Below the pieces are notes generated by a model, which was not told the origin of the DNA, searched no databases, and worked only from the letters and a program-made list of their open reading frames with translations. Shown here one piece after another: positions 1 through 7,753 of a stretch of DNA of 64,000 nt. The position numbers were made by a program, and so were the translations under genes. The stretch lies in NCBI GenBank assembly GCA_021786375.1, contig JAJYNL010000084.1, positions 2,022 to 66,021 on the forward strand, in the 5' to 3' direction. Position 1 is the first letter of the stretch, and each line of letters starts with the position of its first letter. The stretch is from Actinomycetes bacterium (GTDB lineage Bacteria; Actinomycetota; Acidimicrobiia; Acidimicrobiales; Acidimicrobiaceae).

Positions 1-512
1 TGCAGGGGCCATGTCGCCGCCACCAGGACGATCTGCAGCGCGCCCCCGGAGAGAGCCCAGAGTGCGGTGAGCGCAGCCTGCTCGGGGCGGAAGGAGAACT
101 GCGAGAAGACGACCAGTCCGAGGACCGCCTGGAGGCCGATCACGCTGGGTGCCTGTCCGAAGATCACCGCCAGCCCGGCGGCAAGTCCCCAGACGGCGGT
201 GATCACGATGTCGGGGACCTGCAAGTGGCCGACGGTCGCTCCTACGAAGGCCGAGACGGCAAAGGCCATTGCGGCGAGCGCCATGATCGTCACGCGGCTC
301 CGGTAGGTTCCCTGCAACGAGGCCATGCCCGCGGTGAGGGCGCCGACCGCAGCTTCCACCCCGACCAGGAGGTGACCGGATAGGGCGCCGGCCACGAGCG
401 GGATGGCGATGCCGACCGCGCTTCGCGCTGCCGGCACCAGGGCCAGCTTGGAGCGGTCCACGCGGATTGCATCTTGGACCGGTCGCTTCCAGGTGTCGGA
501 GCGCACCGTCAT
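1..512 (-). CDS. FUSC-family-like integral membrane protein, N-terminal part only (gene continues beyond the left edge)
   Basis: Minus-strand reading from ATG (512-510) stays open to position 1. It gives MTVRSDTWKRPVQDAIRVDRSKLALVPAARSAVGIAIPLVAGALSGHLLVGVEAAVGALTAGMASLQGTYRSR..., followed by Gly/Ala-rich hydrophobic helices typical of FUSC/YccS N-termini. It is absent from the ORF track because there is no stop inside the window. Confidence 0.55.
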   Translation of the reverse strand, partial: MTVRSDTWKRPVQDAIRVDRSKLALVPAARSAVGIAIPLVAGALSGHLLVGVEAAVGALTAGMASLQGTYRSRVTIMALAAMAFAVSAFVGATVGHLQVPDIVITAVWGLAAGLAVIFGQAPSVIGLQAVLGLVVFSQFSFRPEQAALTALWALSGGALQIVLVAATWPL

Positions 513-958
513 CGGGACGGGTGGCGGTTTGACGGCGCGGGGCGGTTCCCGCAGGGGCCCACAATCGCCGGCGCACCGGATGCGGCGCCGGCCGAAGGAA
601 GTTCGAGTGTCGCAGAACCGGGGATCGGGGCAACCTTTCTCCTGCCGGCGAAGAGGTGAGCGGGACATCCCGGCTCGGCCGGTTGGCCGGTAACGCAAAC
701 GCCGCCGGCGAGGAAGGCGGAGGTTTGCCCGAGGCCGGCTCCTGGCGAGAGGCGCGCTGGTCGGCGTGTGCAGCGCCGTGCTCCGCCGCCATCAGGCGGC
801 ATCAGGTTGAGCCGGAGCGGCAAGTTGAACTGCTCGATGGCGAGCAGCCGGTGGCAGAGCGCCTCGCCCTGCAGAAGCCAGGTGACGGTATCCGGGCCGA
901 TGCGGCTGTTCAGGGCGACATCCATGCCGCACTCGAGGCTAATGGACGCCTGGGCCAT
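509..958 (-). CDS. hypothetical protein (weak call)
   Basis: This is the ATG-initiated tail of the 509..1663 minus ORF (MAQASISLECGMDVALNSRIGPDTVTWLLQGEALCHRLLAIEQ...). Its TGA overlaps the FUSC ATG as ATGA, and third-position GC looks high by eye. The C-terminal two thirds are Pro/Gly/Ala/Arg low-complexity and I recognise no family. Confidence 0.2.
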   Translation of the reverse strand: MAQASISLECGMDVALNSRIGPDTVTWLLQGEALCHRLLAIEQFNLPLRLNLMPPDGGGARRCTRRPARLSPGAGLGQTSAFLAGGVCVTGQPAEPGCPAHLFAGRRKVAPIPGSATLELPSAGAASGAPAIVGPCGNRPAPSNRHPSR

Positions 959-1024
959 ATGGTCGACGGCGGAGAGGGCTCGCGCGGAGGGGAGCCGCAT
1001 CCGGCGAGGAATATTATATCCCCC

Positions 1025-1450
1025 ATGACCGAGCCGCGCAGAGTGCTCATCGACTGGGACTGGGGCGGGCACGGGATCTGGCGGGTCCTCACCAAGCAAG
1101 AGATGGAGGCCCCGGCTCCGCCGGGGCGATGGAGCGGAGCGCCGCCCCGGCGAGAGCACGAGCGTGCCAGGCCCTGGAGTGACTTGCTGACCAGCGGAGT
1201 TCTGGATGACCTCCAGGCATGGAACGATGCCTGGGATGTCAAGGACGCCGATGTGCAGGCGCTCGAAAGGCGCGGGCAGGAGCTGGCTCTGCGGGTCCAG
1301 CTGGAGCTGGGGGTGGACGGCTGGGAAGTCTTGTACATGATGGACGGCCGGGTACACCGGGTGCATCCGCCGGGGAGCTGGCCGGCGGTCTCCTGGCAAC
1401 AGGACTTGCTCGGCTACGCACCGCGCGACCGAGGCGACGAGGAGGGCTGA
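1025..1450 (+). CDS. hypothetical Trp-rich protein
   Basis: Internal ATG of ORF 656..1450 gives MTEPRRVLIDWDWGGHGIWRVLTKQEM...WNDAWDVKDADVQALERRGQELALRVQLELGVDGWEVLYMMDGRVHRVHPPGSW. Codon third positions are strongly GC. An AT-rich aatattatat box sits immediately upstream. I recognise no family. Confidence 0.55.
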   Translation: MTEPRRVLIDWDWGGHGIWRVLTKQEMEAPAPPGRWSGAPPRREHERARPWSDLLTSGVLDDLQAWNDAWDVKDADVQALERRGQELALRVQLELGVDGWEVLYMMDGRVHRVHPPGSWPAVSWQQDLLGYAPRDRGDEEG

Positions 1451-1680
1451 GGGCGGAAGGGGGGCTCGCCGGCGATTTGCGCCACGGTCAACCGCGCGCC
1501 AGGTGCTGCCCGCACGCCTGTTGGATAGCACGTGTGCGACGCATGGCCGCGGCGCAGCCCCTCGGGTGTCTGCGATGCCGTTCTGGGGCCTGCGATTCTC
1601 GTTCGCTCCGCCGGCGGGCCATGGCGAAGGGGATTCCGCACCGCTTTTGCCGCGCGGCCCCACGGAGCGGTCCAGAATCG

Positions 1681-2099
1681 ATGATTATGAGGGTTCAAGC
1701 CGAGTTGGCAACCCGCCGTGGATCGCCGGACTGCTTTACCGGCGACGTCTTTATTAACACCGTCGTCGAGAGCGTCGAGTCCTCGCTGGTCCGGGTGAAC
1801 GCGGTTCACTTCACGCCGGGCGCACCCACCCACTGGCACTCCCACGCGCGAGGCCAGTATCTGCATGTTGTGGAGGGTGTGGCCATCCTGCAGGAGATCG
1901 GGGGAGGCTGCCGCACCTAGCGCCGAGGCGAGACCGTCTTCACCGAGCCCGATGTTTGGCACTGGCACGGAGCTGCCCCGGCCGCCTCACGACGCATTTG
2001 GCGATTTGGGAGGCGCCGCGCGAGGGGGAGGAGAGCCGCTGGGCTGACGAGGTGACGGACAAGGAGTACCGATCCGCCCTGCCGCCCTCGCGTGGCTGA
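1681..2099 (+). pseudogene. cupin-domain protein gene disrupted by an in-frame TAG and a 1-nt frameshift
   Basis: Frame 1 reads ...VNAVHFTPGAPTHWHSHARGQYLHVVEGVAILQEIGGGCRT-TAG(1918-1920)-RRGETVFTEPDVWHWHGAAP. The conserved cupin C-terminus (RLTTHLAIWEAPREGEESRWADEVTDKEY) continues in another frame from about 1984 to the stop at 2097-2099. Confidence 0.65.
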
Positions 2100-2171
2100 G
2101 GCGTCCCGCGCTTGGGTGCAGCACTGGCGGGAATCCCTCTGTCAATCGCTTTGCGGGTGCAGGAAGGAGCC

Positions 2172-2717
2172 TCACGGCGAGGGCTTCAGGCCTTCGGTGC
2201 CGGGTATGACCACGGTTCCCAGGATCCATCGGCGACGCCCGTCACGCCGGGCATTGGCGAGCCGGGGCTGGAGCACCTTTACCATGTCAAGGAATAGCTC
2301 CCGCACCTCGGCATCGTCGAGCCACATGGCCGCCAACCGGTAGCCGCCGCCGTCCCTCACTGGATCGACGCCGGCGGTTGACATGTACCTCTCGAATTCG
2401 GCCAGGAGACCGGCCAGGTACGAAACGAAGGCGTGCAGGTGCTGCTCCGGAGTCATCTTCTCCAGCTCGTCGATGCTGACGCTTGCTGCCGCGCTGCGCA
2501 GCACGTAGATGCGCTCGGTCGCGCCTCTGACGCGGCGCTCGGAGACAACGGAAAGGACGCCGCCATCGACCAGCTTGGCAAGGTGGCGGTAGAGGCTGGC
2601 CGCGGGAACTTCGGGGAGCTCCGTCTTCAGCTCGGCCGTCGTGAGTGCCCTGTCCCCGAGGAATGCCTGCAGGATCCTCAGGCGGATGGGGTGGAGAAGC
2701 AGATCGGAGGTGGTCAT
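2172..2717 (-). CDS. winged helix-turn-helix transcriptional regulator (ArsR-like N-terminal domain)
   Basis: MTTSDLLLHPIRLRILQAFLGDRALTTAELKTELPEVPAASLYRHLAKLVDGGVLSV... is a typical ArsR/wHTH fold signature. I chose the ATG at 2717 over the TTG at 2735. The gene is divergent from the PLDc_N-ABC operon. Confidence 0.75.
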   Translation of the reverse strand: MTTSDLLLHPIRLRILQAFLGDRALTTAELKTELPEVPAASLYRHLAKLVDGGVLSVVSERRVRGATERIYVLRSAAASVSIDELEKMTPEQHLHAFVSYLAGLLAEFERYMSTAGVDPVRDGGGYRLAAMWLDDAEVRELFLDMVKVLQPRLANARRDGRRRWILGTVVIPGTEGLKPSP

Positions 2718-2750
2718 CGATAAGAGGCTAGCCAAGAGCGCATAAGTATT

Positions 2751-2774
2751 GTTATCATTATCGATAATGATAAC
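2751..2774. promoter_or_regulatory. perfect 24-bp palindrome GTTATCATTATC|GATAATGATAAC, candidate operator overlapping divergent -10-like GATAAT boxes
   Basis: Read directly. The palindrome lies in an AT-rich island in the 100-nt gap between the wHTH regulator (start 2717, minus) and the PLDc_N gene (start 2817, plus). GATAAT occurs on both strands inside the palindrome. Confidence 0.6.
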
Positions 2775-2816
2775 GGTGTATCCCGACGACTCACTGGCCC
2801 TGCCCGAAGGTCTCAG

Positions 2817-2999
2817 ATGAATCCCGCCGCGCTCTTGCCTGTGCTCATCCTGGCGGTGGGGTTTGCCGTCTACTGCCTGGTCGACGTGATTCGTGCGGGA
2901 GAGGTTCGCTACCTCCCGCGCTGGTTATGGGCGATTATCTGCATCGGCTCAATACCCCTGGGCGGCGTCGTCTATCTCCTTGTCGGGAAGAAGCGATGA
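2817..2999 (+). CDS. PLD-nuclease N-terminal domain (PLDc_N) small membrane protein, 60 aa
   Basis: MNPAALLPVLILAVGFAVYCLVDVIRAGEVRYLPRWLWAIICIGSIPLGGVVYLLVGKKR has two TM helices with the conserved C..D....(R)YLPK/RW.W pattern of PLDc_N proteins. Its stop overlaps the next start (ATGA). Confidence 0.75.
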   Translation: MNPAALLPVLILAVGFAVYCLVDVIRAGEVRYLPRWLWAIICIGSIPLGGVVYLLVGKKR

Positions 3000-3913
3000 G
3001 CGGCGGCCTCTCCACCACTGGCCTCGTCAAGCGCTATGGCACCATCCAGGCGCTGGCCGGGATCGATCTCGAGGTGCCTCCCGGTTCCGTCTATGGCCTG
3101 GTCGGGCCGAACGGGTCCGGAAAGACCACGGCGCTCGAGCTGATCGTCGGACTGCGGCGGCCCAGCGCCGGCCTGATCGACGTGGGCGGTATCGGAGAGC
3201 GCGTCGCCTACTGCCCCGACGCAGCGGAATTCGATCCGTGGCTGACCGCCAGCGAGGTGGTTACCCTCTCCGCCGGCCTGATTGGCCGCAATGTGGATGA
3301 TGCGAAAGTGAAGGGGGCACTCGCCCAAGTTGGCCTCGGCGACGCGACGAACCGAAAGGTGGGTGGGTTTTCCCGCGGGATGCTTTCGCGGCTGAACCTC
3401 GGCGCTGCCCTCGTCTGTGAGCCGACCCTCCTCGTCGCGGACGAACCCGCCGCCGCTCTCGATCCGGCCGGCCGCTGGGAGGTGATCGAACTTCTGGGAA
3501 GCCTGGCTGGCAGGACCACCGTCATCGTTTCCAGTCACAACCTGAACGACGTACAGAGAATTTGCGACCGCGTTGGTGTGCTCGCGGCCGGCCGGCTGGT
3601 CTATCAAGGCGCTTTGCGCGAGCTTCTCGAACGTGCCGCGACCGCGCTTCGGGTGGTGGTGCGCCAGCCGACCGCACCGGTCGTCGAAGCGCTCGCGGCG
3701 GCCTCCTGGGTGACTGGCGTCAGGGAGGAGCAGCCAGGCGTGCTGATCGTCGAGGTGAGCGCGATGGATGCCGCCGAGGAGGGACTGCCGGTCGTGCTTG
3801 CGGCCAGTGGGGCGCGGCTGGTCGAGGCGGGCCCCGCCGAGGGGAGCCTGCAGGAGGTCTTCTTCCAGTTGACGGGTACCGGTCCGGCCGGTGCCGGGGC
3901 GCAGGAGGGTTGA
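2996..3913 (+). CDS. ABC transporter ATP-binding protein
   Basis: Walker A is GPNGSGKTT, the degenerate signature is FSRGMLSRL, and Walker B is LLVADEPAAALD. The ATG at 2996 overlaps the upstream TGA. Confidence 0.9.
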   Translation: MSGGLSTTGLVKRYGTIQALAGIDLEVPPGSVYGLVGPNGSGKTTALELIVGLRRPSAGLIDVGGIGERVAYCPDAAEFDPWLTASEVVTLSAGLIGRNVDDAKVKGALAQVGLGDATNRKVGGFSRGMLSRLNLGAALVCEPTLLVADEPAAALDPAGRWEVIELLGSLAGRTTVIVSSHNLNDVQRICDRVGVLAAGRLVYQGALRELLERAATALRVVVRQPTAPVVEALAAASWVTGVREEQPGVLIVEVSAMDAAEEGLPVVLAASGARLVEAGPAEGSLQEVFFQLTGTGPAGAGAQEG

Positions 3914-3915
3914 GG

Positions 3916-4671
3916 ATGGGTTCCTGGCGTCTGGAATGGGTTCGCATGTGGCGGACGAAGCGGATAGTGGCCCTGGTGGCCACCTTCGTCCTGCTGGGCT
4001 TGGCTGGACCGATCGCGCTGCATTACCTTCCCGAGCTGATCAAGGCGGGATCGAATCGAGGAGTTCAGGGGCTGGTGTTCCCGAATGTCCAACCGGTCCA
4101 GGGGATCGCCAACCTCGGAAACAATGTCTCCTCGATCGGGACCTTGGTGGTGGCTATTGTTGCCGCCGCCACCCTTGGGGTCGACTCCGACCGGTCCGTC
4201 GCCGCCTTCTATCGCTCCAGGCTGCGCAACCCGGTCGCGCTGATATTGCCTCGCCTCACCTCTTCGGCGGTGGCCGCGGTGGCCGCTCTCGCGCTTGGTG
4301 CGCTTGCGGCCTGGTACGAGACCGAGGTACTGCTCGGCAGCGTCCCGTTCGTGCCCCTGGTCGGTGGATTCCTGCTGGAGTCTCTTTGGCTCTGCTTCGT
4401 GGTCGCCGCCACCGCCTTTTTCGCCTCACTGCTTCGCAGCGCGGCTGGAGCGGCGGGGGCTGCGGTGGCGTCGATCTTGGCGCTGGCCATTGCCGGCGCC
4501 GTGCCGCATTTGTCGCCTTGGTTGCCAAACCGGCTGTCGGGCAGCCTCGCGTCCCTGATCGGACAGTCCGCCGGTGATCTTTGGAAGGCCGTCCTGGTGG
4601 CCCTGTTGGGAACCCTGGTGCTTTCGGCGCTCGCCATTCGCCTCTTCGCCTCTCGAGAGCCAGCGGCCTGA
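3916..4671 (+). CDS. ABC transporter permease (ABC-2-like, about 6 TM)
   Basis: The ATG lies 2 nt after the ATPase stop. MGSWRLEWVRMWRTKRIVALVATFVLLGLAGP... is followed by repeated hydrophobic helices. Assignment rests on position in the operon with the ATPase. Confidence 0.7.
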   Translation: MGSWRLEWVRMWRTKRIVALVATFVLLGLAGPIALHYLPELIKAGSNRGVQGLVFPNVQPVQGIANLGNNVSSIGTLVVAIVAAATLGVDSDRSVAAFYRSRLRNPVALILPRLTSSAVAAVAALALGALAAWYETEVLLGSVPFVPLVGGFLLESLWLCFVVAATAFFASLLRSAAGAAGAAVASILALAIAGAVPHLSPWLPNRLSGSLASLIGQSAGDLWKAVLVALLGTLVLSALAIRLFASREPAA

Positions 4672-4676
4672 GGCCC

Positions 4677-5606
4677 TCAGGCCTTTCCTGGTGCGTCCGG
4701 CCGATCCGCCGAGACCCGCACTTCGATTGGCTCGCCCTCGCGAGGTCCGGTGAGGCGCCGCGGCCACATTTTGTCGCGAAGCACGGTGTTGGTTTCCGCC
4801 GCGAACAAGGTCACCTGTGCTCCCAGATGCAGCCAGGCCAGGAGGCCGATTACGACGGCAAAGGTGCCGTAAATGTGGGTGGCGTGCGCGACCACATGGC
4901 GGGTGTAGTAGCCGCCCAGCCACTGGAGCAGTGTCCATGCCACGGCGCCGCCCACGGCGCCGGGCAAGACCTCACGCCAGCTCAGACGTTCCACTGTCAG
5001 GAGCCGAAAAGCCAAGAGGTAGAGCGCGAGGTTGAGTGCCAGCGGAGCCAGGATACCCGCGATGGCAAAGAGCATGGCGAAGGGGCCGCCGACTCCGTTG
5101 AGGGCGGAAGCGGCGGTGGATAGCAATAGTGCAGTACCCAGGATGCTAAGCAGCAAGAGGCTACGCAGTCGCGACTTCCACATGTTCGGCTGGCTCTCCC
5201 TGGGCACCTGCCAGATGGAATTCATGGCGTGCTGCGCCGCTCCTGCCACTCCCAGTCCCGCCCACAACGCGGCCAAGATTCCTATGGCCAGTGCAATCCC
5301 GCTTCCCGATACCGATCCCACCTTCAGATAGTCGGCCAGCGATGGGAAGTCGCGCTTTGCGGCCGCGAGCACGGACGCCTGTAGCGCGGGGTGGCCCTGA
5401 AGCACGAATCCGAGTACCGCAACGAGCACCAGGAGTAGCGGGAAGAGGGCAAAGAAGCCGTAGTAGGCAATTAGCCCCGCCGATCCGCCGGCGCGATCCT
5501 CGCCAAATTTCTTGACCACCGCCACCGCGAAGGCGAGTGGCTTATGCCTGCTCTGGAAGCCGTCGAATGCGGCCAGTGCCTTGCCGGCCAGCTCGGTAGG
5601 TCGCAT
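4677..5606 (-). CDS. YihY/BrkB (virulence factor BrkB) family membrane protein
   Basis: FGEDRAGGSAGLIAYYGFFALFPLLLVLV... and ...YGTFAVVIGLLAWLHLGAQVTLFAAE are hallmark YihY motifs. Confidence 0.85.
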   Translation of the reverse strand: MRPTELAGKALAAFDGFQSRHKPLAFAVAVVKKFGEDRAGGSAGLIAYYGFFALFPLLLVLVAVLGFVLQGHPALQASVLAAAKRDFPSLADYLKVGSVSGSGIALAIGILAALWAGLGVAGAAQHAMNSIWQVPRESQPNMWKSRLRSLLLLSILGTALLLSTAASALNGVGGPFAMLFAIAGILAPLALNLALYLLAFRLLTVERLSWREVLPGAVGGAVAWTLLQWLGGYYTRHVVAHATHIYGTFAVVIGLLAWLHLGAQVTLFAAETNTVLRDKMWPRRLTGPREGEPIEVRVSADRPDAPGKA

Positions 5607-5657
5607 GCAGCAACATTAGCGTGGCCGCCGGGGGTGGTGTGTCCGAGGCCAGGTGGC

Positions 5658-7124
5658 TCAGTCTTCTCCCGATACCTCTTCGAGCGAGCGCCTCGCAGGC
5701 TCGGGGAGAATGGCTGTGAGCGCGAATCCCAGTACGGCCGCTCCCGCAGCCACCAATAGCATGCCGCCGAGGCCCAGTCCCGCCTGCCAGGCCGGCACGA
5801 GGAATACCCCGATGAATGCGCCGAGTTTGCCGATGCCCGCGGCAAGCCCGTGCCCGGTCGTGCGCATGCTTACCGGAAAGACTTCAGAAGGCATGACGAA
5901 GGTGGTGGTGTTGGGGCCGAACTCCACGAAGAAGTAGGAGAGGCCGAAGATGGCCAGGAAGGGTACCACGGAAGTGGTGAGGCCGCTGAAAAGCCCCAAG
6001 GCGCCGAAACAGACGGCCATGACGGCAAATCCGATGAACTGCAGGCGCTTGTGGCCGATGCGATCCATCTTCGCCACCGCGAGCAGGTAGCCGGGAAGCG
6101 CGAAGACGACGAAGATTCCCAGTGTCCAGAGCAGCTTGGACTGCATGGTCGCGTGGGGGGCGACCTCCTTCAAGATGCTGGGGAGCGAGAGGGTGTTGCC
6201 GTAATAGGCGTAATCGAAGAGGAACCAGGTGCCTGCGGTTCCCAGGGCCAGCTTGAGCATGCGCTTGTTTCTCAGGAACTCGCTGAGTGTCATGGTGTGG
6301 GTGCCACCGTCTACGGTTGAGGTCGCATCCAGCGCGCCTTGGGCGAAGACGTGAAGTTGCTGGGCCGCCTCGGCCGCGCGCCCCTTCACCCGGGCCACGA
6401 ATCGAGGTGACTCGGGCATCTTGGAGCGCATGTAGACGACGGTCGCCGCGGGAACGGCGCCCAGGCCAAGCAGGATCCGCCAGGTGACCGAGTCGGCCAA
6501 GCCGGAGGACACCAGGATCAGCGCAACCAGCGGGCCGACGATAAGGCCCAGGGCCTGCATGGAGAAGACCAGTCCGACCAGCTTTCCTCGGTCGTGGCGG
6601 TTGGCGTACTCGCTCATGAGTACCGCGGAGACCGGGTAGTCGCCACCGATTCCAAGGCCGAGAACGAAGCGTGCGGCGATCAGGAACAGGGGGCCGGTGG
6701 CGAACGAGGAGGCAAGTGCGCCAACAATCATGATGGCTGCCACCGTGGTGTATACCGTCTTGCGTCCCAGCACGTCCGCTATCCGGCCGAAGACGAGCGC
6801 TCCCACGAAGGCTGCCAGTATCGCCGAGCCGGCCACCCAGCTGGTGGCGGCCGTCGAAAGGTGCCACTGAGACTGCACCAGCGCCGCGACGGTTCCGATA
6901 ACGAAGAGGTCATAGGCGTCCGTGAAGAAACCCATTCCCGAGATGAGTACCGCCCGCCGATGGAAGCGACTGGTGGGCGCCTCGTCGAGCAGCTGGCTCA
7001 CGGTTGGACCCGGCGCCGCTAGCCCCGTCTCGGGTAGGCCGTCGGTGCTCGCTGCCGCTCCTTGGGTATCGGGTTGGCCCAGGTTCAACTCCGTCATACC
7101 TCCGGACCTTTCTTGGACATGCAT
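5658..7124 (-). CDS. MFS transporter, Pho84-like phosphate:H+ symporter (PHS) family
   Basis: GMGFFTDAYDLFVIG is the Pho84-type motif. Also present are GRIADVLGRKTVY, MPESPRF and 12 predicted TM segments. The start is uncertain (7124, 7097 or upstream). Confidence 0.8.
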   Translation of the reverse strand: MHVQERSGGMTELNLGQPDTQGAAASTDGLPETGLAAPGPTVSQLLDEAPTSRFHRRAVLISGMGFFTDAYDLFVIGTVAALVQSQWHLSTAATSWVAGSAILAAFVGALVFGRIADVLGRKTVYTTVAAIMIVGALASSFATGPLFLIAARFVLGLGIGGDYPVSAVLMSEYANRHDRGKLVGLVFSMQALGLIVGPLVALILVSSGLADSVTWRILLGLGAVPAATVVYMRSKMPESPRFVARVKGRAAEAAQQLHVFAQGALDATSTVDGGTHTMTLSEFLRNKRMLKLALGTAGTWFLFDYAYYGNTLSLPSILKEVAPHATMQSKLLWTLGIFVVFALPGYLLAVAKMDRIGHKRLQFIGFAVMAVCFGALGLFSGLTTSVVPFLAIFGLSYFFVEFGPNTTTFVMPSEVFPVSMRTTGHGLAAGIGKLGAFIGVFLVPAWQAGLGLGGMLLVAAGAAVLGFALTAILPEPARRSLEEVSGED

Positions 7125-7314
7125 TCCCCGTGAATTCTGCGTGGCGGAGTTGGCGGCGGCCTTAACGGAAGTTGAACTTTGGGTAAACATGCCTGTGAAA
7201 CTCGTCGCTGCGGGTCCCGAACCCTGATGGCGGACACTTTGGCGGTGATGCCAACGCAACGTTGTCAAGCAGGTGGGTTTTCCCTACCCGCGTGAGCGGC
7301 CTAGACTTTTCGCC

Positions 7315-7743
7315 ATGAAGCGCATCGAGGCGGCCGAGGCCGGGGAGACATGCTACGTAGGGCACTTGACCGAGAGCCGGAGTGACGCGGCCATGAAGCG
7401 ACTTCTCCGGGTACCGGTGACCACGACGTCCGACGGGACCGCCCGCGAGCAAGCGGCGGAGCGTCTCTTCAGTTTTGCCATGGTCCTCTCCGGGCTGCGC
7501 TGCACCCTCAGCTACGTGATTCTGCCCTTTGTGATTCCCGCCCTGGGGTTGGGGGCCATGGCCAAGGTGGGCCCGGATATCGGAATTCCCATCGGAGTCG
7601 TCGCGCTCTTCTTCGACGTGAAGGGGATTCGCCGCTTCTGGGTGGCGGGTCATAAGTGGCGCTGGCAGATGACCTTCATCTATCTGGCCGTAATCGGGCT
7701 GGTGACCTACCTCGTCATCGGGGATGTGCTGAAGCTGCTCTGA
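7315..7743 (+). CDS. hypothetical small membrane protein
   Basis: The ORF has about 3 hydrophobic helices (LFSFAMVLSGLRCTLSYVILPFVIPALGLGA..., IGIPIGVVALFF, MTFIYLAVIGLVTYLVIG). I recognise no family. The start is ambiguous (7315 or 7393). Confidence 0.5.
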   Translation: MKRIEAAEAGETCYVGHLTESRSDAAMKRLLRVPVTTTSDGTAREQAAERLFSFAMVLSGLRCTLSYVILPFVIPALGLGAMAKVGPDIGIPIGVVALFFDVKGIRRFWVAGHKWRWQMTFIYLAVIGLVTYLVIGDVLKLL

Positions 7744-7753
7744 GCACTCGTCC

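Noticed and set aside
656-1024. N-terminal 123-codon extension of the Trp-rich ORF (GTG at 656)
   Set aside because: The extension reads like antisense-type sequence (Gly/Ala/Arg/Glu runs) and has no SD. The internal ATG at 1025 has an AT-rich promoter-like box immediately upstream.
509-1663. 384-aa minus-strand ORF spanning the region from the FUSC start to the cupin gene
   Set aside because: As a whole it overlaps the better-supported plus-strand ORF 1025-1450 and is mostly Pro/Arg/Gly low-complexity. It is a typical high-GC shadow frame. Only its last 149 codons are kept, as a low-confidence call.
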